Origin: Orbicella franksi
Taxonomy: Eukaryota
NCBI GenBank assembly: GCA_964199315.1
Contig: OZ116707.1
Span: 7,564,001-7,628,000, forward strand
DNA length: 64,000 nucleotides
Direction of reading: 5' to 3'
The notes under the pieces were generated by a model that did no database searches, was not told where the DNA came from, and saw nothing but the letters and a program-made list of their open reading frames with translations. The position numbers and the translations under genes were made by a program. Shown here piece by piece: positions 36,604 through 48,700 of the stretch; position 1 is the stretch's first letter; the number at the start of each line of letters is the position of its first letter.

Positions 36604-36923
36604 ATGAATGAAAAAGAGAGGCGTATTCATAAAGAGAGGAGAAAGAGGCAAAAGCGGAGGCGAAAAGAACGGAAAAGAGAAGAAGCAAGGCAAGCAAATA
36701 TCGCAGATCACCGTAAGCGCATAGAAAAAGAGGCAGCACGGATTTTAAAGGAGCAAGTCCGGGAAGTACATGCGTCAAGAAAACAGGCCGGGGCAGACCA
36801 AGACGAAGGCGCACCAAAAAAGGCTCTTTGTCCAGGTTTGCGTTCAGTGAAGGAAATTAATCCATTTCACATGATTGTCACAGGAAAACATTTAGGATCA
36901 GGTACTTATGGTTCCTGCTACCT
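36604..36923 (+). pseudogene. Protein kinase gene, 5' half (Gly-rich loop)
   Basis: Charged helical N-terminus, then GKHLGSGTYGSCYL, cut by MITE copy 1. Confidence 0.75.
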
Positions 36924-37108
36924 ACAATCCCAGACAAAAGACTTGGGACACGAAGCAAGTTCTCCCCTCCCCCCACTTTCAATGTTGATAATCAGGTGAT
37001 TTTTCCCTTTTTTGTTGGAGAAAATGCGATATTTTCCAACATTGATTAGGGGGGAAGGGGGATACGTGATACAGCTCAAGTGTCCCAACTACTTTTGGCC
37101 AGGATTGT
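36924..37108 (+). mobile_element. 185-bp MITE, copy 1
   Basis: Imperfect ~28-bp TIRs ACAATCCCAGACAAAAG...CTTTTGGCCAGGATTGT; near-identical to 41287-41469. Confidence 0.85.
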
Positions 37109-37400
37109 CTGAAAGAGATATGCGAGGAATTTTCCAATAAAGGTAACGCCAGCGATCGTCATGGCGTCACGATATTTTAGAATTTGATTTCGGCTTAATG
37201 ACGTACACTTTGTTTCTGTAAATTGGACAGAACTTTTTTACGTTAGTCTAGATTAAGGTTCGGTGCAGATATTCGTGGAATATAACCCGTAACCGCCTGT
37301 AGGAAAACGAAATTTGGGACTTGCTTCAAGCAAAATGGCATTTAAGGGAAGGTTAGAGCTCGTGTCTATTACTTAAGACATTTTCCAGGATTATCAATTC

Positions 37401-37667
37401 GCAAAGTAGCAGATCTTTGTGTTGTTTAACAGAATAGTGTTAGATAAATTGACTTAAACCCAATGAAATGCTTATCGGTGTAGAGTAATATCACCATTAC
37501 ACGTATATCATCATTACACGCGACACGACAGCTTCCAGGTTCCATGTGTTTTGTGAACGCGCACGAATAACCACAACAGTTAACCACAACGGTTAACCAT
37601 TTGAAAGTCAGCGTTTTGCAACCTAACCTTCCCTGTTCTTCCCAATTGGCAGAAGGTTAAAAAAATT
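37401..37667 (+). repeat. 267-bp direct repeat, left copy
   Basis: Matches 38543-38809 with about 2 substitutions. Confidence 0.95.
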
Positions 37668-37769
37668 TTAAAAATTTTTTAAACAATTTTTTAAAATTTT
37701 TTAAAATTTTTTAAAATAATACTAGTGAGCAGCACTTCAGCAACAGATCTTGTCAACTTGCTTTATTTT

Positions 37770-37811
37770 CTCTGACCGGTTTCGTCTGATCATACAGATT
37801 TCATCAGGGAG
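37770..37811 (-). ncRNA. Hammerhead motif, degenerate copy
   Basis: Same motif as 38285-38326 with one stem I and one stem II substitution. Confidence 0.65.
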
Positions 37812-37910
37812 TTTTTGACAATATTTTTAAAAAAATTTTTTAAAATTTTTTTTAAAAAAATACTAGTGAGCAGCACTTCAGCAACAGATCTTGTCAACTT
37901 GCTTTATTTT

Positions 37911-37952
37911 CTCCGACCGGTTTCGTCTGATCATACAGACTTCATCAGGGAG
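37911..37952 (-). ncRNA. Minimal type I hammerhead ribozyme
   Basis: Exact reverse complement of 38285-38326. Confidence 0.85.
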
Positions 37953-38284
37953 TTTGAACAAGATACATAAAGGAACTTATTTTATACCTATTCTTTAGAG
38001 TACAAATCACGTTCCGACTAGGGTGTGAACAGCAAAAAACACCTACAAAATTGCGTGCAGGATATGACTAAAATCCTGTGAATGTGCAATGTATAATTTT
38101 GGGGCTCACGGATTTAACGTTAAATCCGTGAGCCCCAAAATTAAACATTGCACATTCGCAGGATTTTAGTCATATCCTGCACGCAATTTTGTAGGTGTTT
38201 TTTGCTGTTCACACCCTAGTCGGAACGTGATTTGTACTCTAAAGAATAGGTATAAAATAAGTTCCTTTATGTATCTTGTTCAAA

Positions 38285-38326
38285 CTCCCTGATGAAGTCT
38301 GTATGATCAGACGAAACCGGTCGGAG
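38285..38326 (+). ncRNA. Minimal type I hammerhead ribozyme
   Basis: ctcc-CTGATGA-a-gtctg(tatgat)cagac-GAAA-ccgg-TC-ggag; palindromic ACCGGT stem III of the dimer-dependent Penelope/retrozyme type. Confidence 0.85.
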
Positions 38327-38422
38327 AAAATAAAGCAAGTTGACAAGATCTGTTGCTGAAGTGCTGCTCACTAGTATTATTTTAAAAAAATTGTTTAAAA
38401 AAAATTGTTAAAAAAATAAAAA

Positions 38423-38464
38423 CTCCCTGATGAAGTCTGTATGATCAGACGAAACCGGTCGGAG
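38423..38464 (+). ncRNA. Minimal type I hammerhead ribozyme
   Basis: Identical to 38285-38326, 138 nt downstream. Confidence 0.85.
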
Positions 38465-38542
38465 AAAATAAAGCAAGTTGACAAGATCTGTTGCTGAAGT
38501 GCTGCTCACTAGTATTATTTTAAAAAATTGTTTAAAAAATTG

Positions 38543-38809
38543 GCAAAGTAGCAGATCTTTGTGTTGTTTAACAGAATAGTGTTAGATAAATTGACTTAAA
38601 CCCAATGAAATGCTTATCGGTGTAGAGTAATATCACCATTACACGTATATCATCATTACACGCGACACGACAGCTTCCGGGTTCCATGTGTTTTGTGAAC
38701 GCGCACGAATAACCACAACAGTTAACCACAACGGTTAACCATTTGAAAGTCAGCGTTTTGCAACCTAACCTTTCCTGTTCTTCCCAATTGGCAGAAGGTT
38801 AAAAAATTT
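38543..38809 (+). repeat. 267-bp direct repeat, right copy
   Basis: Matches 37401-37667. Confidence 0.95.
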
Positions 38810-38929
38810 CTCACTTCACATTATTTGAAATGCAGGATGGAAGCAATTTGGTGGCAAAATAGTCAAGTTTGACACTTGAAATATGGTTAACCGTTTGCCG
38901 CAGATAATAAGTTAACTACATAACTACCC

Positions 38930-40506
38930 TGAGTAATGTCACCCTCATCCATAAGAAGGGCGATGTGACCGATAAAAACAATTACCGACCAGTCAGCGTT
39001 ATCTCTGCAATCTCTAAACTATTTGAGAAAGTGCTGTTCGACCAGATGTACGCCTCCTTTGCACCAATTTTCTCGCCCAACATGTCAGGTTTTCTTAAGG
39101 GACACTTCTGCGCTACAGCGTTGATCAAATTAACAGATGATTGGAGACGCACACTTGATGAAAAAAAAGAAGTGGGTGTAGTTGCTATCGATCTCTCCAA
39201 GGCCTACGACTGCATTTGCCACAATCTGCTGCTAGCAAAGTTAAAAGCGTATGGCTTGCAAGAACCAGCCCTACAACTTTTAAGATCATTTTTGCATGAC
39301 CGTAAACAAAGGGTAATATGCAATAATACGTGTTCTAGCTGGTCACTTTTACAGTGCGGCGTCCCGCAGGGAAGTCTCCTTAGCCCCTTACTGTTTAACA
39401 TCTTTATGAACGACATGAACGAATCTGTTTCTGTCTCTTCCCTCCGCCTCTACGCGGATGATACAACCGAATATACGGCGGACGAAAGTCCTCTTGTGCT
39501 TCAACACGTCTTAAATCAAGACATGGAAAAACTATCTACCTGGCTTAACTACAACTATCTTCAAGCCAACGGGGACAAGACACAAGCAATGATTCTTGGG
39601 AATTCAACATACAATTACGATTTGGAGTTTGATGGCACCTTAATCGATATCAAAGAACATTTAAAGATCCTTGGAGTATGTCTGGACAATAAGTTATCTT
39701 TCAAAGAACACACAAATGTAATGCTGAAAAGAGTATACGCTAAGATTGCCGCACTTCGTCGCCTCAAGCGCTTAGTACCCATAGATACTTTATTACTTTT
39801 ATACAGGAGCTTTATATTACCGCATTTTGAGTATTGTAATTCTTTACTGATTGGTATAGGTAAAACGCTCAACAAAAAAGTGGAAGACGCTAACTACTAC
39901 GGTCTACGAACAGTAATGAACACGGGGAAAACTTCTAATTATGAGTCATTACTCAAACTGTTGGGCATGAGAACGCTAGAACATAGACGTATTGAACAAT
40001 CTCTGATAATATTTTTTAAGTGTTTCAAAGAAAATGGCCCACGTTATATCACCAACTTATTCAAGCCCCGGGTCACGCCATACAATCTTAGAAGCAGCGG
40101 GCTAAACGTAGAACAACGCCCTTACAATAGTAGATTCTTCCACGGCTCGTATTCTTATATCATCTCTAGAATTTGGAATCAGTTACCACCGGCAGCAAAA
40201 AATGCAGCAAACGTTCCAGCTTTTATCAATCATCTTAATACAATAAACTTTGGTGGCTGCCAATGCAGTTCTTGTCTTAAATGATTCCTTTACATGTTGT
40301 ATTTTTATCGTTTTTTAATATTGTATTTTCAACGAATATTTTTTAAGATATTAATAGCATGATAATTTTGTATTTTTTAATATATAGTTTTTAAATCTTT
40401 TTTTTAACATGTATGTCAAACACTTTTATCATGAGCCCCTGGCTCGGGAGACTTGGGCAACCACTCCCCGTGTTCTTGACGTAAAATAAATTACCTTACC
40501 TTACCT
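38930..40506 (+). mobile_element. 5'-truncated L2/CR1-group LINE (RT ORF 38965-40284)
   Basis: NYRPVS, DLSKAYD, GVPQGSLLSPLLF, YADDT; 3' GGGAG/CTCCC stem-loop, AATAAA and a (TTACC)n tail. Confidence 0.92.
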
Positions 40507-40879
40507 TTTTATTTCAATTGAACGATTAACCATATAAACCTCGGAAAGCTCTCTGTTGCTAGTTCTTGATCCCAGACAATGTTAAATGGTTTTTCGTAAT
40601 TCGTATAAAGCGGGAAAAGGTATAATTCGAATGACACGTAGCAGTTTGGAACCAAATAGTGTTACCAGAATGGTTAACCGTAAGGGTTAATCGCGGCGGT
40701 TAACCCGGTGGCACTTCTGAAGCCAAAAACACACCTCGCTTTATACGCGTTCCAGTATTAGAGGGGAAAACGAAGGAAGACATGCATAATTTAACCGCGT
40801 TTAGGTAGCAGCAACGCTTTATTGCTGTCCACAGATTAACTCCGCGAAACGGTGACGACAAGGCGAAAATATCCACTTG

Positions 40880-41286
40880 CCCGGCACCTACTGTTTCAAC
40901 TGAATTTGCATCATTTCTGTTTCGCGCCAATCAACCAACCCTCTAAAGACGTAGACAAGGTCGTATTTTTCAGTGCAGGAAATAGAAACATCCTTTTTAA
41001 ACACAACATCTTGTGCAAAGTTGCATTTCACGGGCAAGCAAGTGGGCCGTTTGCCCCTCAAGAGGCAACAGAAGGTCATGCCACGGACTTACCAATCGCC
41101 TACCGTAGAAGGTCATTTACAAAGATGACTTTACATTTCTTAGTGCCCGACCAGGTAAAACTTGTCATTGTATGTTGTTTCTTTTTAGTAGCGCTCGTTA
41201 GCTGTACCCGCGAGACGTTACAACTCCCCTCTTCTCCAAGCTTTGTTAGAGCGAGTGGTGTAACATTCTTTAAATTCTTCTTTCAG
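40880..41286 (-). pseudogene. Highly decayed SF3-helicase-like coding remnant
   Basis: Frame-broken TSFTWSGTKKCKVIFVND, WHDLLL..EGQ and NFAQDVVFKKD resemble the Walker B/motif C region of SF3 helicases in invertebrate Rep-helicase elements. Recognition from memory only. Confidence 0.35.
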
Positions 41287-41469
41287 ACAATCCCAGACAA
41301 AAGACTTGGGACACGAAGCAAGTTCTCCCCTCCCCCCACTTTCAATGTTGATAATCAGGTGATTTTTCCCTTTTTTGTTGGAGAAAACGCGATATTTTCC
41401 AACATTGATTAGGGGGGAAGGGGGATACGTGATACAGCTCGTGTCCCAACTACTTTTGGCCGGGATTGT
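41287..41469 (+). mobile_element. 183-bp MITE, copy 2 (same orientation as copy 1)
   Basis: Near-identical to 36924-37108. Confidence 0.85.
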
Positions 41470-42169
41470 AGGGTCTTACAGAGGACTGGATGTTGTAGTC
41501 AAACAACTAAAAGTTAAAAAATACAGTGGAGAAACGCAAGAAGTTGCAGAGACAAGAGTCCGCAATGAATTGATCTACGAGGCTCGGATTATTAACAAGC
41601 TGGGTGACCATCCCGGTCTTCCTCTACTTTTCGGAGTATGCAGTAAGTGTGCACCATTTCGCCTTGTCATACAATTTCATGGCGTGAAAGACTGTAGCTC
41701 AGCGCTCATGATTTGCAGCACGCTGACCAAAATGGCAATATCAGCTGTAACAGTGTGGCTGGATGTTATACAAAAAGTGGCAGAAGCTCTTCACGTCCAC
41801 AACGCCGGATTCGTCCACAATGACATAAAGGGAAACAATGTTGTTCTGGACAACCGGAATGAAAGAAAGTACAATCCCATTTTAATTGACTTCGCTAAAA
41901 GCTTGCCAGTGACTGGTCTCAAAGGACCCAAGGTTCTCTTGGCAGAACAGCAGACAAGATACAAGAAAGAGTATCCGCACATTGCCCCAGAAATAGTCGC
42001 AGGAAAACGAGGGCAAAGTATCGCCAGTGACATTTTCAGCTTCGCCCATATGACAGAAGTTATTTTCACGAAGGCCAAGCTGGGTACCCTGCCCGATGTA
42101 CTTCAGAGAGCTTTGGACTCTGATCCACACAGAAGGCCAGCTTCAAAGGAAATCCTTGCGCTTCTTTGA
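41470..42169 (+). pseudogene. Protein kinase gene, 3' half
   Basis: GSYRGLDVVVKQL, ELIYEARII, VHNDIKGNN, LIDFAKS, HIAPE, SDIFS. Confidence 0.85.
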
Positions 42170-43899
42170 ACTATATTTCTTGTTTTAATTCTAACCTGTT
42201 TCTTGCTCTGAGATTTAGTGAGAATGCCAAAACGTAGAAAGTGCGATTGCAAAAAAAAATTCAGACTCGGGGTTGGGAACAGGAGACCTAACGTGTTTTA
42301 TTTTTTTGCGCATTCACTTTTGTTATTTTCTCATTCCTTCTCTCTGAGAGCACAGAACTGGCCATTCAATTTGAATAATTAAACGAAGACAGACTTTGGC
42401 CTGGTTTATGGAGAGTGTTAGTGTGTTATGTTCGTTTTAGCCTCAAACAGTTTATCATTCTCAGATTTCCGTTTTAACAATCGATTGTTTGGTCTTAGTT
42501 TGTAGCAATCCAACAGGGATACAGAAGAGCAAAGTACTGATTTGTACTAGGTGCACAAGGATCGTTTGTATTCTCAGTTTTCCCTGGCCTTTGGCCAGGT
42601 TGATAAATGAAGAACTCCTTGACCAAAATGACATGATAAATTTATATTAGGCCGGTTTGAGTGGTCGTGGTAAATTGATTAAATCGGACAAGAAATCTTT
42701 TGATACGAAGAACTATTGAGTTGTAAGTGTAAGTAGAGTGTTTCTTTGGACGCTACTTTCAGTAAATGGAAAATATATAAAGATTTGTTAGCTGTAGCGA
42801 AATTTGTAATGAGCGGCACTGGTTGAATACAGAAAGATCTCTCAGTTCCAGTTCCGGTGTTAGATACCAGAGATAATATCAAAGGTACCACGCATAATTC
42901 ATATCATGCCTTAGATTTTCGGTTATAACCAAGTAACAACTGGATACGAAAACCTTGGTGTTGATTAGTTGATTACGAAAAACAATTTGGCTTGTATTTT
43001 CCCTGATTTGTAGTGAGACTGAACCATAGCAGCCTTTTTCCCATTTCGTTGGGCATTAATTAAACGGAGACATTTTCGTGTGAATATTTTTACAGTTAAA
43101 AAACAACACGGTTTGAACGCAACAAAGCCAACTGTTTTTCTGTTTCGACAGTGAAAAACGCCATCGCGAGTACCATCAATTTATAGGTTCGAGTGCAGTG
43201 GATTAGCGCCGGCTGCGCTAATGTTTCCAGAAAGAAAAGGTTTTTAATTACCTTGATTTTGTTTTCAGAATGATTCCGTTGACAGATAGATGCCGTCTTA
43301 GTTTGATTTTTTAACACGTTTCTTGTCAAGAAGCATCAAATAAATTATACCCTGCGGTTAAGTTGGCTTGGATTAAAACTAGACCCCCTCACGACTTTGC
43401 GCTATTCACTAGCACAAAGTCAGTAGGGGGCAGCTATTTCAGAACCTCATGAATCTCGTCGTGTTTTTACACAAAAACAAACAAAAACTGTTGCACTGTC
43501 CAGCAAGAAAAGAAAAACTGAATCACGTGACCAAGTGTAAAACTGACATCCTGACTCATACCCAGGTCTCCCAGACAGTGTGAGAGAACTTTGTTTCCTG
43601 CCTCTTTCGCAAGCTCACCTGGCAGGAAAAACATTGGCCACCTGGGCGATCAAAATTACCATTACACACGTTCAAAATAGTTGAAATAGGCATACAGTGT
43701 ATGATCAAACCATAGAAAGTTAATTGGCTGTGAAGTTGAAGATGCTTCTGCTACATTGTCCCTTAAGAGGAATTCTGGATTGTTGATTGTTTGTTGACTG
43801 ATTGTGTTATTGAGTTCTGTCTATCTGGTTTCTTGTGGATTTTTCAAGCAATTTCAAGTCTCAGAATTTACGGTTTAGCAACCTATATTTTGTTTCATG

Positions 43900-45770
43900 G
43901 GTTTATTCTTTACTTATTTATTTGCAGCTGAATATTGAATATGAGAAAACGGACCAATAACCCTGTGCTTCGCAATCTCTGACGACAAATAAGAATCAAT
44001 AGCATCTGGGAAGTCTGTGACACCCTTGTGATTGTGAAAGTTAGTGTGTATTGGAAGAGGACAGGAATAGTCGAAACCAACTGGCCAACCAAACTCCAGA
44101 AAATCACAAACTCCATAACTGCCATACTCTTGTAAATATGCTCTCCAAACAGGCAAACAAAGTGACAATGGCACTGGTAAACGAAGACCCTCAAAGTTGT
44201 AAGCACGAGATGCAAAAATTCGGGCATGTAAATTGAGAAATAACCGGAAGATAAACCAAACGCTCCACCAGGCGCACTTGTCGCAGAAGGTCATGAGTCA
44301 AGCACAGAAAGTCTAGAGTCGGACAACAAACACTGAGATTCAAGCGTCGTGTCAAAACCGTGCAAGTCAAGTATTGGACCTGAACAACTGTAACTTGCGT
44401 GACAAGAGGCAACACTAGAACATAAACTGGAATCAACCACGGGCGAAAATGTCTTGAAAAGTCTAGAGTCATGAAAGTCTATAAAACTATTATCGTTTGA
44501 AAACACAGTACCACTCAAAAGTCAGGCGGATGTGCTACGAGGCGGTTCCAAAGGTGCACGTAAGTGAGAAGCTGAAATTCCAGAGCAATCCTCGGAAAAC
44601 TCGGTGTGCCTGGCGATTGTGAGTGACAAAGTCCAACACTTGGCACAAATGTGCTGAAACCATTTTCTCTCATTGCGAATCATCCCATAATGATCCTTAC
44701 TGTGCGTACATTTACCGGTTTGAAAATCACGGCAAAATAACACGGCACTGGGCTGACGAGGAGGGCTTGAATTGCTGACAGGTTTTCCCATAGCATGCAG
44801 GAGTCGAGATTCCAAGTGAGCAAACAAGTCGCCCCAACGAGCACGACCACACTCGATTTCAAACAAAACAGCAGCAGGTGAACTGTGTCAAAAGGTACAT
44901 CAAAACCACAAAATGATCGAGACGTCCAGTTCGCTTATCAGGAGGAAGGGTTTTTATCTGCAAAATAGAGGCGTACCCAGCAGCGAATTCGGCGAGGGTT
45001 AGCTCATCGTAATTACAATCTTCGGACACATATGCAAGACTGAGGTAGCTATGAGGCCATAACTGCAGAACGATCACTCAACTAGTAAGTTTAGCAGTCT
45101 TTCCTGACCACAATTTCTTACCTCGGGCATGTTTCTTGTTGTTGGACGCAATGCCCTTGTCTTCCAAGTTGCTCGAAGAGAGCCCAAGCTGATCGATTTC
45201 AGTGGAAACCCTCTGGGTCAAAACTGGGTCAGCACAGAGTTGATTAATGGTCACAGAGGGCTCCTGAACCACCGTACGTCCAGTTGGAAACTGCATCGAC
45301 AGAAGCAGTTTGACTCTGTAAATGGGCGTTCCGCTTACACAGCACGTGAAGCTTGGTCTTCGACTTTGTCACCTCTGCACGAAGTTCTAATTCATTGTTC
45401 TCTGCCTTGGCCCAAGCAACAGCTGTGGTTAACTCGGCGATCTTGCCTTGTGACCCATTTGGTCCTCTATTCAGAGCGAGAGGCATAGAAGACTGACCAG
45501 AAGGATTTCCAGTACTGGTACCAGGTGGTGCTGTTTCTTGCGGAAAGTCGAAACTATCATGAAATTCTTCATTCTCATCCAACTCGTCACCAGCATTCAT
45601 AGCCACATAATCACGAGAAGGAAGCAATCCTAAATGATACTGAGTCATGATAACTAAGAGACAAAAAGACGATTTAAACAAAATACAAAATACTGAACAA
45701 AATAAAAGGCGTTTGAACCCAACATGAACAAAGTGAAAATGAGCCACTGATGCCCTCATCGGCAACTTTT
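43900..45770 (-). mobile_element. DIRS/Ngaro-type retrotransposon fragment (gag-like region and start of pol)
   Basis: FCRDFQTGKC...HICAKCW; WRAYLQEY...FLEFGWP; NHKGVTDFP...GPF, truncated before the RT core. Confidence 0.65.
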
Positions 45771-48700
45771 CCGGTCATGTGCCTGCGGAATGTATGCGGC
45801 TTCATACATAAATGGCTCTCAAAATGGTGTCAAATTTTACAAAGAAATGTACGAAGAAGGTTTGACTTTTCGCAGATAGAAGTGAACATAATAAATATAA
45901 AGGATTTGCCGGACCGGCACATTATTATACCAAATATAATTGTTGTACTAATGTTCAAATAAAGATGATATATTTGAACTAACCCTTTCCTTTCCACTTT
46001 GCTTGAAACGAAGGTTAGCGGACCCTCAAGTTTTTACATTAACAAGCGAAAGCACGCAGAAACCCAAAAAATCAGGATTCGTAGCTATGTTCCAGTGCTT
46101 GCTACCTCATTTGCCGTACCGCATATCCATAATTGACTCAGGGCTCATTCGTATTCTAAAATATGAAGCACATTGCAAAATGTTTTCCCTTTCCTTTTTG
46201 CAATAAAAAATGTTAGAAGATGACTAAACCAAGCAAAAGGCGAACACGAACATAATCTACCTTTTTAGCTTCCGGTCAAAGATTGTGCACGAGTTCTGTG
46301 TATTTTGAAGCCTGAAAAACTCTTCCGATACCTGCCATGTTTTATATCAAAATCTTCAGCAAGATTTCAGCTTTCCGATGCTGCAAAGTGTTCTGGGTTA
46401 GCTATAAAGCGCTGTTTTGGGTCAGCAGTGAACCAGCATGCATAGTCACTTTCGGTAAATTCACTCCTCTGCGTACCAAAATCAAAATAAAATTTTCCCA
46501 TCTCTTAAGAGTGCAAACAGACCTTAGCACAACAATTAAAAAAATGTCTGACTCTCTCGACCAATTTGGCCTTTTAAAAATCAACAGCATTTAAGCATTG
46601 AAAGCGTAAATAGCCTGGATTATTTGAAAGAAGAGTGCGATACAGGTGGTATTGATCAAGTTGTTTTCAGAATTTGCTTCACTTGTGAGTGTCTGATCAG
46701 TTGGTACCATGTCAAGAATAGCACAGCAGTAGCAAACAGCTACATTGAAATTCTGAACGTCTTTTTAAGTGAAATGTAAGGTATGAAAGTAACAGAAGAT
46801 TGCTCGAGGTTGGAAGGGCAATTGAGGTGGCTTTGTTCAGAAACCCAAAGCAAAATTACAGGGAAGACTGGTAGAAATCACCAAAAATTTTCCAACACAG
46901 TTCATCAAGTTGATATAAGAAAAGGTGAGCTAGTCAACATAAATGAAGTTCAAAAGGCATTAAATCGGTCACAGGAAGAGAACAAGTCTCTCGAAGAGGA
47001 GAATGTCAGCCTTCAACACAGATGTGATGAACTGTATAAGGAACTACTAGTAGCCGAGGCACTGGAGAAGGAATTACAAGAAAAGTTACAAGAAACATAT
47101 GTTGATCTACAGAGTTTGAAAAACAAAAATTCTTATCTTCCTCAGTACCTAGACAAAATAGAGGAACAAAAAAAGTTTTGAAAACACTGGGGGAAATATT
47201 GCAGAGGTTAAAGAAAAACAACAAGGCCGTAAACTTCGAGAATTTAAAACAGCTGTTGAGAAGTCACTTTGGTTTTCCAAAACCCTGGGCCTTAGGCTTA
47301 ATCAAGCATGGTTTACTGATGAGAGAGGAGAAAACCACAAAGTGCATTTTTCTTCAGAGGACACCCCTAAATCATTTAAAGATCTACCCAAGGAAGAGCA
47401 AGAAAAGTTGAAAAGTGTGCTATTCCTTGCTGATAAGTTTTGTATAAGTGATGCAGCTTACCATGAGCTGACTCTGACAAGTGGAGGGGAGAATCTGCCC
47501 AGAAGCTATCTAATCAGACAATGTAAGGAAAACCTCAACCAACTCTGCCACATAACAAGAACACCAGGAGCTGTAGAGGGTGCCCAGTTGATATTCAAGG
47601 AGGAATTGACAAACAGAATAAAATCACAAGTAAACATATTCCAAACTATTTAATTAATTTATTTACTTAAAATTTATTATCTATTTATAATTATTTGTTC
47701 GTGTATGTACATGTATTCACAATAACATTTGTATCAGTGGTTGGCTAATCAGCTATGACATTATTTTATATTTTCTCCCTAAGAGCCTGACCAGCCCTAC
47801 CCTGCCAGAAAAAATAAGACTGAAGGTCAGTGGGGATGGTGCGAGGATGATCCAGATGACCAATTTTGTGGTTATCTCCTACTCCCTGTTAGATACAGAT
47901 GATGTGATGTCATCAAAAGGTTTGTAATAATATGATTATGAAGTAAACACAAAAACTCCATCATACATAGCACTTCAACTTTTAATCTGTATTGATATAT
48001 AAAATAATTATTATTTCATGATGTTTTACACAGGAAATCACACTGTGGCTGTTATAAAGGGCCACGAGAGCTATGATCTCCTGAAATCTTCATGCAAGGA
48101 TGTCTTTGGCTACATGAACCAACTACTTGATGATGGCAAAATCAGCATTGATGGAAAGGACATCCCTGTAGAAATATTTTTAGGTGGTGACTACAAGGTA
48201 TATTTTTATATACCGGTAATATTTATTTATAATTCTGGGAAACTAAATTCATATTAAAAAAATATATTAAGAAGGAAAGTAACAACAGCAAATATACATG
48301 TAAATGGTGCCCCAGCAAAGTAGCCAAAGTAGCCAGGTACTGTATATATCACCTTTAATTGATACACCAACTTGTGAGAAACAAAAATAAACAAATTTGT
48401 CAAGGCAAAAAGAAATATGTATCAAATGTGTGATGCATTTGCTTTGCATTTGATTTATCTTACAGGTGTGATATGTCAAAGCCCATGGGGTTCTACTAGG
48501 AACAACACATGGTTAGGACAATTGGAAAATGTAAAGAGTGGGCATGACAAAAAATGTTTCATGTGCCTATCCACCTCTACTTCACATCCCACTGCAGAAT
48601 GTCATTTTGGATGAACTGCATTTGATGCTTAGGATTACAGGTACAGTTACAGTTAGTTCAAAAGTTATTGCAGTCACTACGCTAGGAGTCTTGCAGTGGT

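Larger units (their letters stand above)
37669..38542. mobile_element. ~870-bp spacerless palindromic element with two tandem hammerhead units per arm
   Basis: Axis at 38118/38119 (GGATTTAAC|GTTAAATCC); arms ~98% identical; ~140-bp HHR units with A/T-rich tails pointing outward. Confidence 0.9.

Noticed and set aside
38101-38136. Protelomerase (hairpin telomere) target site
   Set aside because: No telomere resolvase is present; the axis is better explained as the centre of the retro-derived foldback.
40852-41412. 186-aa plus-strand ORF, and the N-terminus of ORF 41375
   Set aside because: They read through antisense remnant and MITE sequence; there is no coherent domain.
42200-46330. RSS-like heptamer/nonamer TIR for the RAG1-like gene
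   Set aside because: No convincing CACAGTG/CACTGTG-initiated inverted pair was found on either side within the window.
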